The notes: generated by a model not told the origin, from the letters alone. A stretch of DNA of 27,749 bases from Candidatus Micrarchaeia archaeon (GCA_049965975.1 JBMFVN010000001.1:1-27749); one strand, 5' to 3'; counted from the first letter of the stretch, positions 1-8,686 are shown. Numbers and translations are program-made.

Positions 1-2
1 GC

Positions 3-59
3 GTGCCAAACGGCGTTACCTTTACGAGCAACTGGTGGTCTGGCTACACGCCGCCGTGA
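3..59 (+). CDS. Possible 3' end of an upstream gene (partial; VPNGVTFTSNWWSGYTPP*)
   Basis: Frame open from the window edge to TGA at 57-59. The peptide looks like a secreted-protein C-terminus and is followed by an AT-rich gap. Too short to verify. Confidence 0.3.
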   Translation: MPNGVTFTSNWWSGYTPP

Positions 60-237
60 CCTTGGTTTTTCCGATTCGATTGGCTAATTTGTTAATTTCA
101 TATTGTGCCGACTAGTCTGATTATAATTTTATGTGAGTCGTATTTATAGTAAGATGACCGATGCATAAGTCAAATTTAAATATTTTCTCATACAACTTGC
201 TGACGTTGACGTACGGAAACTACTGAAGGCTTGCGGA

Positions 238-720
238 TCAGCCAACATGCAAAATCGCGCCCAGCAGCGCGCGCAATTCCAAGATTCCTATAGCAAAAAT
301 CACTACCAATATAGCATCGATTGTTGAGCAGTATACGCAAATGTGGCCTATCGAAAACATTGCAAGAAAGGAGTAAAGAACTGCAAAAATGCCGGTTATG
401 CTGAAACAAGCCGAAAGCATGCCGAGCATTGCGTTTTTCCTCTGAAGCAAAACAAGCGCAAAAAGCACAGCAAACCAAGAAAAGGCCCAAACAGACAAAG
501 GCACGCCAATTATGCGGGAATATCTGCTTGTAAGAACCGCCGAGCAGTTTATCAGGCTACTGCTTGAACTTTGGCCAGGGCAAACAAATGCTATTTTCTG
601 GCCTGGACCTGGCTCTGACAAGACAAGATAAAAAGCTATGGCTAGGCCTATTAGTGAAAGCACGATCTTAACATGAAAAAGAAGCCTAGAAGAATCGTTC
701 TTCATATGTGCACTGCTCAT
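238..720 (-). CDS. Vitamin K epoxide reductase (VKOR) family membrane thiol-disulfide oxidoreductase
   Basis: Loop cysteines (VCPGQ...NCSAVLTSRYSRIIGVP), several TM helices, active-site CxxC (CVYC). ATGA overlap with the upstream PRC gene. Confidence 0.9.
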   Translation of the reverse strand: MSSAHMKNDSSRLLFHVKIVLSLIGLAIAFYLVLSEPGPGQKIAFVCPGQSSSSSLINCSAVLTSRYSRIIGVPLSVWAFSWFAVLFALVLLQRKNAMLGMLSACFSITGIFAVLYSFLAMFSIGHICVYCSTIDAILVVIFAIGILELRALLGAILHVG

Positions 721-950
721 TTGTCAGAAACGAGTATAGTTTCAGAAACCTTCTTTACTCTCTCGTATTTTACGCTGTTGCTGAATATGCTTTTGAGCAT
801 GTCTTCATTCTTTGCAGCGTCTATCTTCTGCAGTAGCAAATGAGATACCGAGCCTGAGTCCAAATCGAGCACGACATGCTGGACTTCGCCGACCCAGTGG
901 CCTGTTGTCGATATTATCTTTTTACCATAAAGCTCTGATATGCTTACCAT
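717..950 (-). CDS. Single-domain PRC-barrel protein
   Basis: ISELYGKKIISTTGHWVGEVQHVVLDLDSGSV matches the PRC-barrel pattern; 77 aa. Confidence 0.88.
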   Translation of the reverse strand: MVSISELYGKKIISTTGHWVGEVQHVVLDLDSGSVSHLLLQKIDAAKNEDMLKSIFSNSVKYERVKKVSETILVSDK

Positions 951-952
951 TC

Positions 953-1510
953 CTACACCTTGCCTATCTTAAGCCTAAATATTCTTTTCGAAGCGAAGAT
1001 TCTTATTATGTTCTCTTGAAGAAGCCTTATGAATGCCTTTTCGTTGGCACGCATTTCTTCAAGGTCTTTTGGGTCGAAAAGATCCTGCCTGCTGTGCACT
1101 ATGCTTGAAAGGAACTCGTCAGACATAGAGTAGTATTTGGCGCCGCACTTGCTGCATATGTATAAAGGAACTACAGGCACATTGTCTATCTGCTCCGGCT
1201 TCTTTGTGTCTAACTCTCTAACTATTTCTCCCCCGCACTTCGGGCACTTCGCCGCCACAACTACTGGCTTGTATTCGTCGACGTGGGAGATCTCAAGCGT
1301 AGAGTTTACAAAATTGCTAAGCTCGCGTGCTGTCTCGCCGCTTTGCCTGTATTCCTGCCTGACGACCTCTCCGTATTGTGAAAATTCGGTAAGCAGAACG
1401 CCGATTTTTGTCGGCTCTGCAATGCTAAAAAGCGTGCCTGTACCTTCGGTTTTGGCATAGGTCTCGGTTCTTAAGCGCCTGTCTTTGCTTTCGAAAGCCT
1501 TTATGCTCAT
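953..1510 (-). CDS. Uncharacterised protein with split zinc ribbon (YgiT/MqsA-type Zn-finger-like)
   Basis: CPKC...NVPVVPLYICSKCGAKYYS. ATGA overlap with the histone stop. Confidence 0.75.
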   Translation of the reverse strand: MSIKAFESKDRRLRTETYAKTEGTGTLFSIAEPTKIGVLLTEFSQYGEVVRQEYRQSGETARELSNFVNSTLEISHVDEYKPVVVAAKCPKCGGEIVRELDTKKPEQIDNVPVVPLYICSKCGAKYYSMSDEFLSSIVHSRQDLFDPKDLEEMRANEKAFIRLLQENIIRIFASKRIFRLKIGKV

Positions 1511-1722
1511 AGTTCTGCCTTCTTGAAAACATAAGCCTCTATGTCTTCTTTTGTCACTTTGTTCCTCTTTTTCTTCTTTGCGTTTTTTACAGCGAATTTT
1601 GCAATCTCTTTGGCCCTTTTCTCAAGCATCTTTGCTATCTCGTCCGCACCGCTATCGGTTATTCTAGCATGCGCATATTTGGCAACGAGCTTCTTTATAG
1701 AATCTCGCGAAATGTTTGCCAT
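1507..1722 (-). CDS. Archaeal histone (HMf-like histone fold), divergent
   Basis: 71 aa, basic; aligns gap-free to HMfB (ARIT, R53, VTKEDIE). Confidence 0.9.
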   Translation of the reverse strand: MANISRDSIKKLVAKYAHARITDSGADEIAKMLEKRAKEIAKFAVKNAKKKKRNKVTKEDIEAYVFKKAEL

Positions 1723-1857
1723 GCGACCACGTCAGCACTCAAGATCTTCATCACCAATCAGAAAAAATACTCATCATTTGCAAAATAATGGCAAAACAAA
1801 TATATATTTGTATGCACAATTTTTCTTGATTAATTATTTGTCATTGCAAGTGGTAAA
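1723..1857. promoter_or_regulatory. Divergent promoter region (histone operon / trxA)
   Basis: AT-rich gap between divergent starts, with TATA-like tracts (AATATATATT ~1798-1807; TTGATTAATTATTT ~1827-1840). Confidence 0.5.
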
Positions 1858-2172
1858 ATGAAAGAGGTAAGCAGCAAGGACTTCGAAAACGAAGTGCTTA
1901 GATCTGACAAGCCAGTAATCGTTGACTTTTGGGCAGAATGGTGCGGGCCGTGCAGGATATTCACCCCCATAATCGAAGAAACTGAAAAGGAGTATGATGA
2001 CAAGGTGAAGTTCTGCTCTGTAAACACTGATGAAAATGAGGACATAGCTGTAAAATACAGCATAATGAGCATACCCACTGCAATGCTCTTTGAAAAAGGC
2101 GTTCCAAAAGCAATGTCAGTCGGGGCAATACCAAAGGAGGACTTCAAGAAGTGGCTTGAAGAGAATCTGTAG
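1858..2172 (+). CDS. trxA: Thioredoxin
   Basis: VDFWAEWCGPC active site, cis-Pro motif IMSIPT; 104 aa. Confidence 0.97.
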   Translation: MKEVSSKDFENEVLRSDKPVIVDFWAEWCGPCRIFTPIIEETEKEYDDKVKFCSVNTDENEDIAVKYSIMSIPTAMLFEKGVPKAMSVGAIPKEDFKKWLEENL

Positions 2173-2178
2173 CTATGG

Positions 2179-3564
2179 CTAATGCCTCTTTTTCTTGTAG
2201 TTTGAGTATTTGAGAAGCGCAGAAAGTGCCTTAACTGCTGCAGCAGGAGAATCGTAAACTGGCACGCCGCCGCTTTCCATCATTATCTTGTGCATCTGCG
2301 TGTAAGAAGCGCCAGGACTTATTGCAACAAGAGGCTTGTTCACCTCATTCTTCTGCTTTATTATCTCCGCTGCTACTGATGAATCTGCACCGGGCGTTTG
2401 GAAAAGCACTATGGCTATTAGCATATCTATGTTTGGATCCTTACCTAGCGCCGCAAGAGAGCCGCCGAATCTTGCTGCATCAGCATCTCCGCCTATATCA
2501 AGAGGAGTGCCTATGTTGACATAGTCAGGCAAAACGGATTTGAGCGCAGTTTTAGTCTCTTCGCTGTAAGTTGCCATCTGCAAAACACCGCTATCAGCGA
2601 TGGCATCTGCGGTAAGCACGCCCGTGCCTCCGCCGTTTGTTATCACAGCCACTCTGTTTCCAGAGGGCTCTGCTTCAGAGTTGAATATCTTTGCGTATAT
2701 TATCAAATCGCTGAGATCATGGGCTACTGTGAAGCCATACTGCTTAAGCATTGCTTCCTGAACTGCGTAATTGCCTGCAAGCGCGGCGGTATGCGAGTGC
2801 GCGGCGGTAACGCCGGCCTGCGTCCTGCCTGCCTTTAGCACTATCACAGGTTTTACCTTTGTTATCTTCTTTGCAACTTCCCTGAAGCCTGCAGGGTTCT
2901 TTATGCCCTCGATGTACATTACCACTACTTTAGTCTCGTCATCCTTGAGCAGGTATCTCAGTATATCAGTCTCGTCGATATATGCAGCGTTGCCATAGGA
3001 AATGAACTTTGAAAGGCCGAAGCCTTCCCCAGCTATTACATCCAGCACAGTGCTGCCAACAGCGCCGCTTTGCGAGACAAAGCTGACTTTGCCTATGCCT
3101 GGCTCGGTAAGCTTGTAAGTTGGCAGGAAGAGCGTATTAACCCTTGAGCGCATGTCAAGAACGCCGAGGCAGTTTGGACCAAGCATCGCTATGCCGTATT
3201 TCTTGGCAATTTCAACTATTTGCTGCTGCAAGGCAATGTTGCCAACTTCTGAGAAGCCGCTGCTTATCACTATCGCGCTTCTTATTCCCTTTTTGCCGCA
3301 CTCTTCAAGCACCTCAGGAATTGCCTGCGCAGGAATCGCTATTACCGCAAGGTCCACCTTGCCCTTTATGTCGCTCACGCTCTTGTACGCCTTTATGCCC
3401 AGTATTTCGTCTGCTTCCTTGTTTACAGGATAAAGCCTGCCAGAGTAGCCAGTGTTTATGTAGTTTTCAAGTATTACTCTGCCTACCTTGCCAGGGTTTC
3501 TCGAAGCGCCTATTATAGCTACGCTTTTTGGCTTCAATATGTATCTTAGACTCTTGTTCTCCAA
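2179..3564 (-). CDS. acdA: Acetyl-CoA synthetase (ADP-forming) alpha subunit
   Basis: CoA-binding fold (VAIIGASRNPGKVG, LYPVN, GPNCLG), SQSG, GNAA, phospho-His motif SHTAALAG, TNGGG. TTG start. Confidence 0.93.
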   Translation of the reverse strand: MENKSLRYILKPKSVAIIGASRNPGKVGRVILENYINTGYSGRLYPVNKEADEILGIKAYKSVSDIKGKVDLAVIAIPAQAIPEVLEECGKKGIRSAIVISSGFSEVGNIALQQQIVEIAKKYGIAMLGPNCLGVLDMRSRVNTLFLPTYKLTEPGIGKVSFVSQSGAVGSTVLDVIAGEGFGLSKFISYGNAAYIDETDILRYLLKDDETKVVVMYIEGIKNPAGFREVAKKITKVKPVIVLKAGRTQAGVTAAHSHTAALAGNYAVQEAMLKQYGFTVAHDLSDLIIYAKIFNSEAEPSGNRVAVITNGGGTGVLTADAIADSGVLQMATYSEETKTALKSVLPDYVNIGTPLDIGGDADAARFGGSLAALGKDPNIDMLIAIVLFQTPGADSSVAAEIIKQKNEVNKPLVAISPGASYTQMHKIMMESGGVPVYDSPAAAVKALSALLKYSNYKKKRH

Positions 3565-3582
3565 ACAACCGCCTTTACAAAA

Positions 3583-4224
3583 TCAAGCATGCTGCGAAGC
3601 AGGATCGTCATTGGTAAGCAGCCTGAGGTCAAGCGCCTCGTAGTCGTTCTGCCTTATTACTACTGGATTAAGGTCTACTTCCCGCAAGCTGTCGTTCTCG
3701 CTGAACATCTTTGAAAAGCGCAATAGCAGAGAAACTAGCATCTTCTCAGCCTTGCCGTTGTATGTTATCACGTTCTTTGACTTGAGCTCAGAGATCATTT
3801 CCTCGGCATCGTACCTTGTCAATGGGCAAAGCCTTAGAGAGGTATCCTTGAATACCTCTACGTATATCCCGCCGAATCCGAGCATAACCGCCTTGCCGAA
3901 TTGGTCGTCTGTAGAACCGCCTATTATCGTCTCGACACCGCCTTTGCTCATCTTCTGGGCAAGTATCTTGTAAGGGGCGAACTTCTTTGCGCGCTGCTCA
4001 AGCGTTTTATATGCTTGCTCTATCTCTGAATCTGTGCTAAGGTTTAGCATTACAAGACCTGCCTTTGTCTTGTGAAGTGCCTTGTCGCTTAGCGCCTTGA
4101 GAACTATGGCATCATGCTTTGCAAACGAAACTGCCTCTTGTGCCGATGACACATAAGCGCTATCTACGCTTTTTATTCCATACTTATCAAGCAAGGCTTT
4201 GGCCTGCATGTAATCCATTAACAT
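3583..4224 (-). CDS. acdB: Acetyl-CoA synthetase (ADP-forming) beta subunit (ATP-grasp)
   Basis: HKTKAGLV, FGKAVMLGFGGIYVEVFKD, EVDLNP. Start moved to ATG 4224 (GGGTG RBS upstream). Adjacent to acdA. Confidence 0.92.
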   Translation of the reverse strand: MLMDYMQAKALLDKYGIKSVDSAYVSSAQEAVSFAKHDAIVLKALSDKALHKTKAGLVMLNLSTDSEIEQAYKTLEQRAKKFAPYKILAQKMSKGGVETIIGGSTDDQFGKAVMLGFGGIYVEVFKDTSLRLCPLTRYDAEEMISELKSKNVITYNGKAEKMLVSLLLRFSKMFSENDSLREVDLNPVVIRQNDYEALDLRLLTNDDPASQHA

Positions 4225-4266
4225 GCTTACACCCGAAACACAAACAACAAACGTCAAAACTTCATA

Positions 4267-4965
4267 TTAGATAATGTGCTTACCCAGCAGTACGGCAAGC
4301 ACTATCACAACCACTGCCACTACAAGGACCATTATGTTTGCCTTTCTGCTTTGCTTTGGCTTGACCAATTCATTCTGCATCTGGTTGATTTCTTGCGTTT
4401 GCTGTGACTGCTGCTGAGGCCCTGTGGCTTGCTGAGCCTGTGCTCCAGCAACACCTTGCTGGACCTGCTGTTGCGGCTGTGCTGCCGCAGGTGCCTGAAG
4501 GCTTGTGGCGTTAGCCTTTAAGAATCCCTGCTCTGTAAGCAACAATTCCACATTGCCATTACGCAACTCATAAGTCAGCAGATTCTGCTTGTAAAGCTTG
4601 TAAAGCCTATATGCTAGATCCTTAGAGACCAGATTGAGCGTGCTCTGGAGCTCCATCGGCAGTCGCTTGCCACCAGAAAGCTGCCTGAGTATTTCAGAGT
4701 CAAGCACATCTAGAGGCTCTGAGCTCCTTGCATTTAGGTCGTTAAGAAGGGCCTTAGCAGAATCGGTAAGAACTATGCTTGTGGGGCCAGGAAAACCGGA
4801 ATTTATATCTATGAGGCCTTTCTGCTTAAGCGTGCCTACAAGGTTTGCAGCGTCGAAATAGCTTGCATTTATCGCACCGCTGAATTTCTCTTCGGTCATG
4901 TCTGGGGTTATCCTAAGAATGCATACAACATCAAGAAAATTAATCTCGTTTGAGTTCTCAGCCAT
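4267..4965 (-). CDS. Hypothetical protein: two winged-helix-like domains, Gln-rich linker, C-terminal TM anchor
   Basis: Two HTH-wing-like segments (LKQKGLI...LTDSAK; LYKQNLL...LTEQG), QPQQQVQQ linker, hydrophobic tail IMVLVVAVVVIVLAVLLG. Confidence 0.75.
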   Translation of the reverse strand: MAENSNEINFLDVVCILRITPDMTEEKFSGAINASYFDAANLVGTLKQKGLIDINSGFPGPTSIVLTDSAKALLNDLNARSSEPLDVLDSEILRQLSGGKRLPMELQSTLNLVSKDLAYRLYKLYKQNLLTYELRNGNVELLLTEQGFLKANATSLQAPAAAQPQQQVQQGVAGAQAQQATGPQQQSQQTQEINQMQNELVKPKQSRKANIMVLVVAVVVIVLAVLLGKHII

Positions 4966-5060
4966 GCAATCTTTCAGACAATATAGAAGTAATACAAATA
5001 TAAAACATAAATATAAATGAGTAAACCATACTATTGTTTACTTTGAGAAAAGTTGTTCAA

Positions 5061-6311
5061 ATGCAGATAACATTTTTGGGAGGAGCAAGGGAAGTAGGCC
5101 GCTCTGCTATATTGGTAAATGCAGAGAAAAGATTTCTTTTAGACTACGGCATAAAGCTGGACCATAAGACAGAATACCCTCTGCCTTTGCATGCAAAGCT
5201 TGATGCGTATGTTTTGAGCCATGCTCATTTAGACCACAGCGGCTTTGCGCCGCACCTGTATAGCAATTCATATGTTCAGGCATTCGGCACCGCTCCTACA
5301 ATAGAGCTTTCGAGGCTCCTTATCGAGGACTCTATAAAAATAAACAAAAGAAACCATGCAAGGCAAGAATTTTCAAAAGGGGATTTGAGAAGGTTTGAGC
5401 GCGCATATACGCCGTGCGAATACGGCTCTGAAATCGATATTGGCGATTACACGCTGAGCCTTCATGACGCTGGCCACATAACAGGCAGCGCAATAACCTT
5501 GCTGACGAGCAGGAAAACGGGAAAAAGGCTCGTTTATACTGGCGATTACAAGCTTGAACCCCAAATGCTCCAAAAAGGTGCAGAAATAGTGAAAAGCGAC
5601 ATACTTATAACCGAGTCCACGTATGCCGACAGGGAGCACCCAGACAGGAGCGCACTAGTAAAAAGCTTCATAAACGAGGTAAAGGAGATAGTCGACAACG
5701 GCGGCACTGCGCTTGTGCCCGTGTTTGCAGTTGGCAGGGCTCAAGAAATATTAACCATACTTTACAAGAACAATCTCATAGACTATACGGTAATTGATGG
5801 AATGGCTAAGCAGGCAAGCGAGATAGTCATGCGCTACCCGGGATTCAGCACTAACGAGAGCCTGCTTGTTGAGGCTATGAAAAACACTACTTGGATAGGC
5901 ACAGAAAAAACAAGGGAAAGCGTTGTAAGCCCTGCAATTGTCGTAACTACAGCAGGCATGCTAAATGGCGGGCCTGTGCTCAACTATATACTCCAGCTAA
6001 ACGGCAAGTCAAAGATATTCCTTACAGGTTATCAGCTTGAGGGCACAAACGGCAGGAACCTCCTTGAGGGCAAGCCCATAATCATAGACAACAGAAAGCA
6101 CGTTATAAGAACACCTGTATCGTATTACGACTTTTCAGCGCACGCCGGAAGGAAGGACTTGTATGAATACGTAAGAAAAAGCGGCCCAGAAAAGGTAATT
6201 TGTGTGCACGGCGATGCAAACGTGGCAAGGAATTTCGCAGAAAGCCTAAAGCTAGAAGGCTTTGACGCTGTGGCTCCGGCACCGGGAGAAACACTAAATC
6301 TCGACTTTTGA
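5061..6311 (+). CDS. Metallo-beta-lactamase beta-CASP ribonuclease (aCPSF2-like, no KH domains)
   Basis: LGGAREVGRS, SHAHLDHSG, AGHITG, GDY, ESTY, FAVGRAQE, FSAHAG, VHGD. Start set at ATG 5061. Confidence 0.93.
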   Translation: MQITFLGGAREVGRSAILVNAEKRFLLDYGIKLDHKTEYPLPLHAKLDAYVLSHAHLDHSGFAPHLYSNSYVQAFGTAPTIELSRLLIEDSIKINKRNHARQEFSKGDLRRFERAYTPCEYGSEIDIGDYTLSLHDAGHITGSAITLLTSRKTGKRLVYTGDYKLEPQMLQKGAEIVKSDILITESTYADREHPDRSALVKSFINEVKEIVDNGGTALVPVFAVGRAQEILTILYKNNLIDYTVIDGMAKQASEIVMRYPGFSTNESLLVEAMKNTTWIGTEKTRESVVSPAIVVTTAGMLNGGPVLNYILQLNGKSKIFLTGYQLEGTNGRNLLEGKPIIIDNRKHVIRTPVSYYDFSAHAGRKDLYEYVRKSGPEKVICVHGDANVARNFAESLKLEGFDAVAPAPGETLNLDF

Positions 6312-6348
6312 GAAAAAGAAAAGAAGAGCAAAACAAAAAGAAACAAAA

Positions 6349-6654
6349 TTACGCTTCGTTTGCCTTCTTTATTATCTCGATTTTGCCGTACTTGCCAGGC
6401 GAAAGCTGGGGATTGCCCCTGAATTCGTTGACATAGCCGTTTGTTATGCGTATTTGGTCGCCGACATTTATGCTAGAGGCATAGTCCTCCCAAAGCGAAA
6501 TCGATATGCTCCCGCTATCATCGCTTAGCACTGCGTCTGCAACATTAAGCCTCTTGCCAAACTTTGTTATAACTTCACGAGGCTCGCTCTTTTCAGTTAT
6601 AGTGCCTTCAACTTCGACGTTGCTAGCACCAGCTTTCAGGTCTATTATCTTCAT
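6349..6654 (-). CDS. ssb: Single OB-fold single-stranded DNA-binding protein
   Basis: DDSGSISISLW and ITNGYVNEFRGNPQL resemble Sulfolobus-type SSB; no acidic tail. Confidence 0.85.
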   Translation of the reverse strand: MKIIDLKAGASNVEVEGTITEKSEPREVITKFGKRLNVADAVLSDDSGSISISLWEDYASSINVGDQIRITNGYVNEFRGNPQLSPGKYGKIEIIKKANEA

Positions 6655-6742
6655 TTATTCACCAGAATCCATTAGACTAAGAGAATTTATGTCAGGTAAC
6701 CTATAATAATTTTTGCTTTGGGCTTTTCTTTGCAATTTACCC

Positions 6743-7549
6743 CTATTTATCTTTTCTTTCTAAAAATCGCTTTGCTGCGCCGCTTACTATGCCAGATTCA
6801 TCGTGGCTTAGAGCTTCTGCCTCTTCCTTTGTAAGGTCTTTCCTCGATGCAAATGCATACCTATCCTCTACCCTGCTGCTTTTCATAATCAATTCCCTTT
6901 CTTCCTTGCTAAGCTTTGCATATGTTATGAAAACCGTAGAAAGCGCAGGATTGCCCAAGATCTCTTTCTTCTCTTCCGGTGTGAGAATGTCTATCGCATA
7001 GCGCACATAGGCTCTTGCAGCCTCAACATTGCCGTTGTTTATTAGGTTTAGCCTTACTTCCATTGGCAAGCGCGCCCATATGCCCTTGTCCTTGAGGTTC
7101 AGAAAAAGAAGCGTTGATGAATGCACATACTGCCTGCCAAGTACAAACACTGCTTCATCGAAAGACAGGTCTTCCCTCAAAGAGAAGCCGTCAACTAGAT
7201 ATGCATCTGAGCTTTGCATTATCTTTTTCCTTTGCTCCATGCTTAGATTGGCGCACCTTGCGGCTTCCTTCCTGACTTCGCCATCTGCGTCTTCCAATAG
7301 CAATGCGACTATCTCTGCGTCAATGGCAGAAAGCCCGGCAAGCTTTTTCCTTATTTCTTTGCTCGGGCTTTTTGCAAGATAAAGCTGCTCCTCCTTGCTT
7401 AGGCTGCCTTTGCTGAACAGCTCTATCTGGTTTATCGTATAGACTAATTGCCTTGCAGCTTCCTTGTCTTCTTCTCGCCTGCTTGGCTTGGTCTTTAGCT
7501 TCATGCTAGCAATAGAAACAAGAGCAAACAAAAAGGCGACTGCCTGCAT
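6743..7549 (-). CDS. Helical-repeat protein (LRV/HEAT-like)
   Basis: Repeated L[ST]xEE...L..D...VR..A units. Start uncertain (TTG 7555, ATG 7549 or ATG 7504). Confidence 0.65.
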   Translation of the reverse strand: MQAVAFLFALVSIASMKLKTKPSRREEDKEAARQLVYTINQIELFSKGSLSKEEQLYLAKSPSKEIRKKLAGLSAIDAEIVALLLEDADGEVRKEAARCANLSMEQRKKIMQSSDAYLVDGFSLREDLSFDEAVFVLGRQYVHSSTLLFLNLKDKGIWARLPMEVRLNLINNGNVEAARAYVRYAIDILTPEEKKEILGNPALSTVFITYAKLSKEERELIMKSSRVEDRYAFASRKDLTKEEAEALSHDESGIVSGAAKRFLERKDK

Positions 7550-7567
7550 AGACAACTGGCAAACAAG

Positions 7568-8656
7568 CTATTTCCTGAGCAGTAGATTCTTGAAAAAAGC
7601 AGTAGGGCTGTCCATGTCGCCATACTTGCTTAGAAGAGAGCCAAAACCCAGCTTGCCCAAAGCTCCGATGAGCAAAGACATGCTTCGCGGGCTTAATGAA
7701 GAGTATATGCTGTGGATAAGCTTGTGAATCAGCATGTCTGCGCCGAACCTTTTCTTGAAAGCCTTCTCATAAGCGCTCAGTGGCGCGCCTTTTGTTATGT
7801 GCTCGTAAATAGCCTTGGAAGCCATTAGAGCGGCATTGCCGCCGAAGATTATGCCACCACCTGTACTAGCCTTCACCTGACCTGCAGCATCGCCCACAAG
7901 CAAGACTTCCTTTTTTTCATCAACAAGCTTCTTCTTCGATTCTATCGGTATTATGCTTGCATACTCGCTAACGGGCCTTGCTTCGCCAAGAACCTGCTTT
8001 GCATACTTGGCCATAAACCTGTCAAAAGCCCTTTTGGCGTTGCCGTAGCTTGATTCTATTCCTATTCCTGCCTCTATTGCGTATTTTGAAACGGGGCAAA
8101 GCCAAGAGAAAAACCCCGGCGAAACTGAATTATCGAAAAACAAGTCTACAAAGGAATCTTTAGGGCTTACCTCGAACTCTGCTTTGTAAGTCAGCACGTA
8201 GCGCTTCACAAAGCCCATGCCAAAATGCCTTGCAACAAGTGAAAGCGCTCCGTCGGCTCCGACTATTATGCTTCTTTTTGACATTTCGCCGAGCTCATAA
8301 GCAGGCACCTGCCTGCCAAGCTCTACATTAGCGCCGTTTTGCTCGGCCAAATCAAGGCATATGCCATTTAAAATTGGTCTGTCAAGAACATATGCCTTGG
8401 GCTCTTTTGAATATACGCTAAGCAATACGCTTCCTGCATGCAGTCTTGCTCCGTAAAGCGTGTTCCTTATGGCATTCTTGTATGGTATTCCAAGGCTGTT
8501 AAGTCCTTTTATAGAGAGTATGCCACTTGCTACAGGAGGATACCCTGGCCTTTTCTTCTTGTCGTAAACGCTTACGCTTATGCCTCGCTTTGCCAAGTTT
8601 GCAGCCAAAAGCAGGCCTGCTGTGCCAGCGCCTATTATCGCTGTTTCGCTTTTCAT
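7568..8656 (-). CDS. Geranylgeranyl reductase family FAD-dependent oxidoreductase
   Basis: GAGTAG dinucleotide motif, VLDRPILN, VGADGA, LVGDAAGQVKASTGGGI. Start set at ATG 8656. Confidence 0.9.
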   Translation of the reverse strand: MKSETAIIGAGTAGLLLAANLAKRGISVSVYDKKKRPGYPPVASGILSIKGLNSLGIPYKNAIRNTLYGARLHAGSVLLSVYSKEPKAYVLDRPILNGICLDLAEQNGANVELGRQVPAYELGEMSKRSIIVGADGALSLVARHFGMGFVKRYVLTYKAEFEVSPKDSFVDLFFDNSVSPGFFSWLCPVSKYAIEAGIGIESSYGNAKRAFDRFMAKYAKQVLGEARPVSEYASIIPIESKKKLVDEKKEVLLVGDAAGQVKASTGGGIIFGGNAALMASKAIYEHITKGAPLSAYEKAFKKRFGADMLIHKLIHSIYSSLSPRSMSLLIGALGKLGFGSLLSKYGDMDSPTAFFKNLLLRK

Positions 8657-8686
8657 TTGCTCAATATTTATAAGGATGTATTGCAA

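Noticed and set aside
188-567. ORFs 188-490 (-) and 343-567 (+), and the many other short overlapping ORFs in the track
   Set aside because: Shadow frames of well-supported genes, with no motifs or RBS support.
4370-4510. CAG/CAA-rich tract as a DNA repeat or CRISPR-like array
   Set aside because: Encodes the Gln-rich linker; no constant repeat-spacer periodicity.
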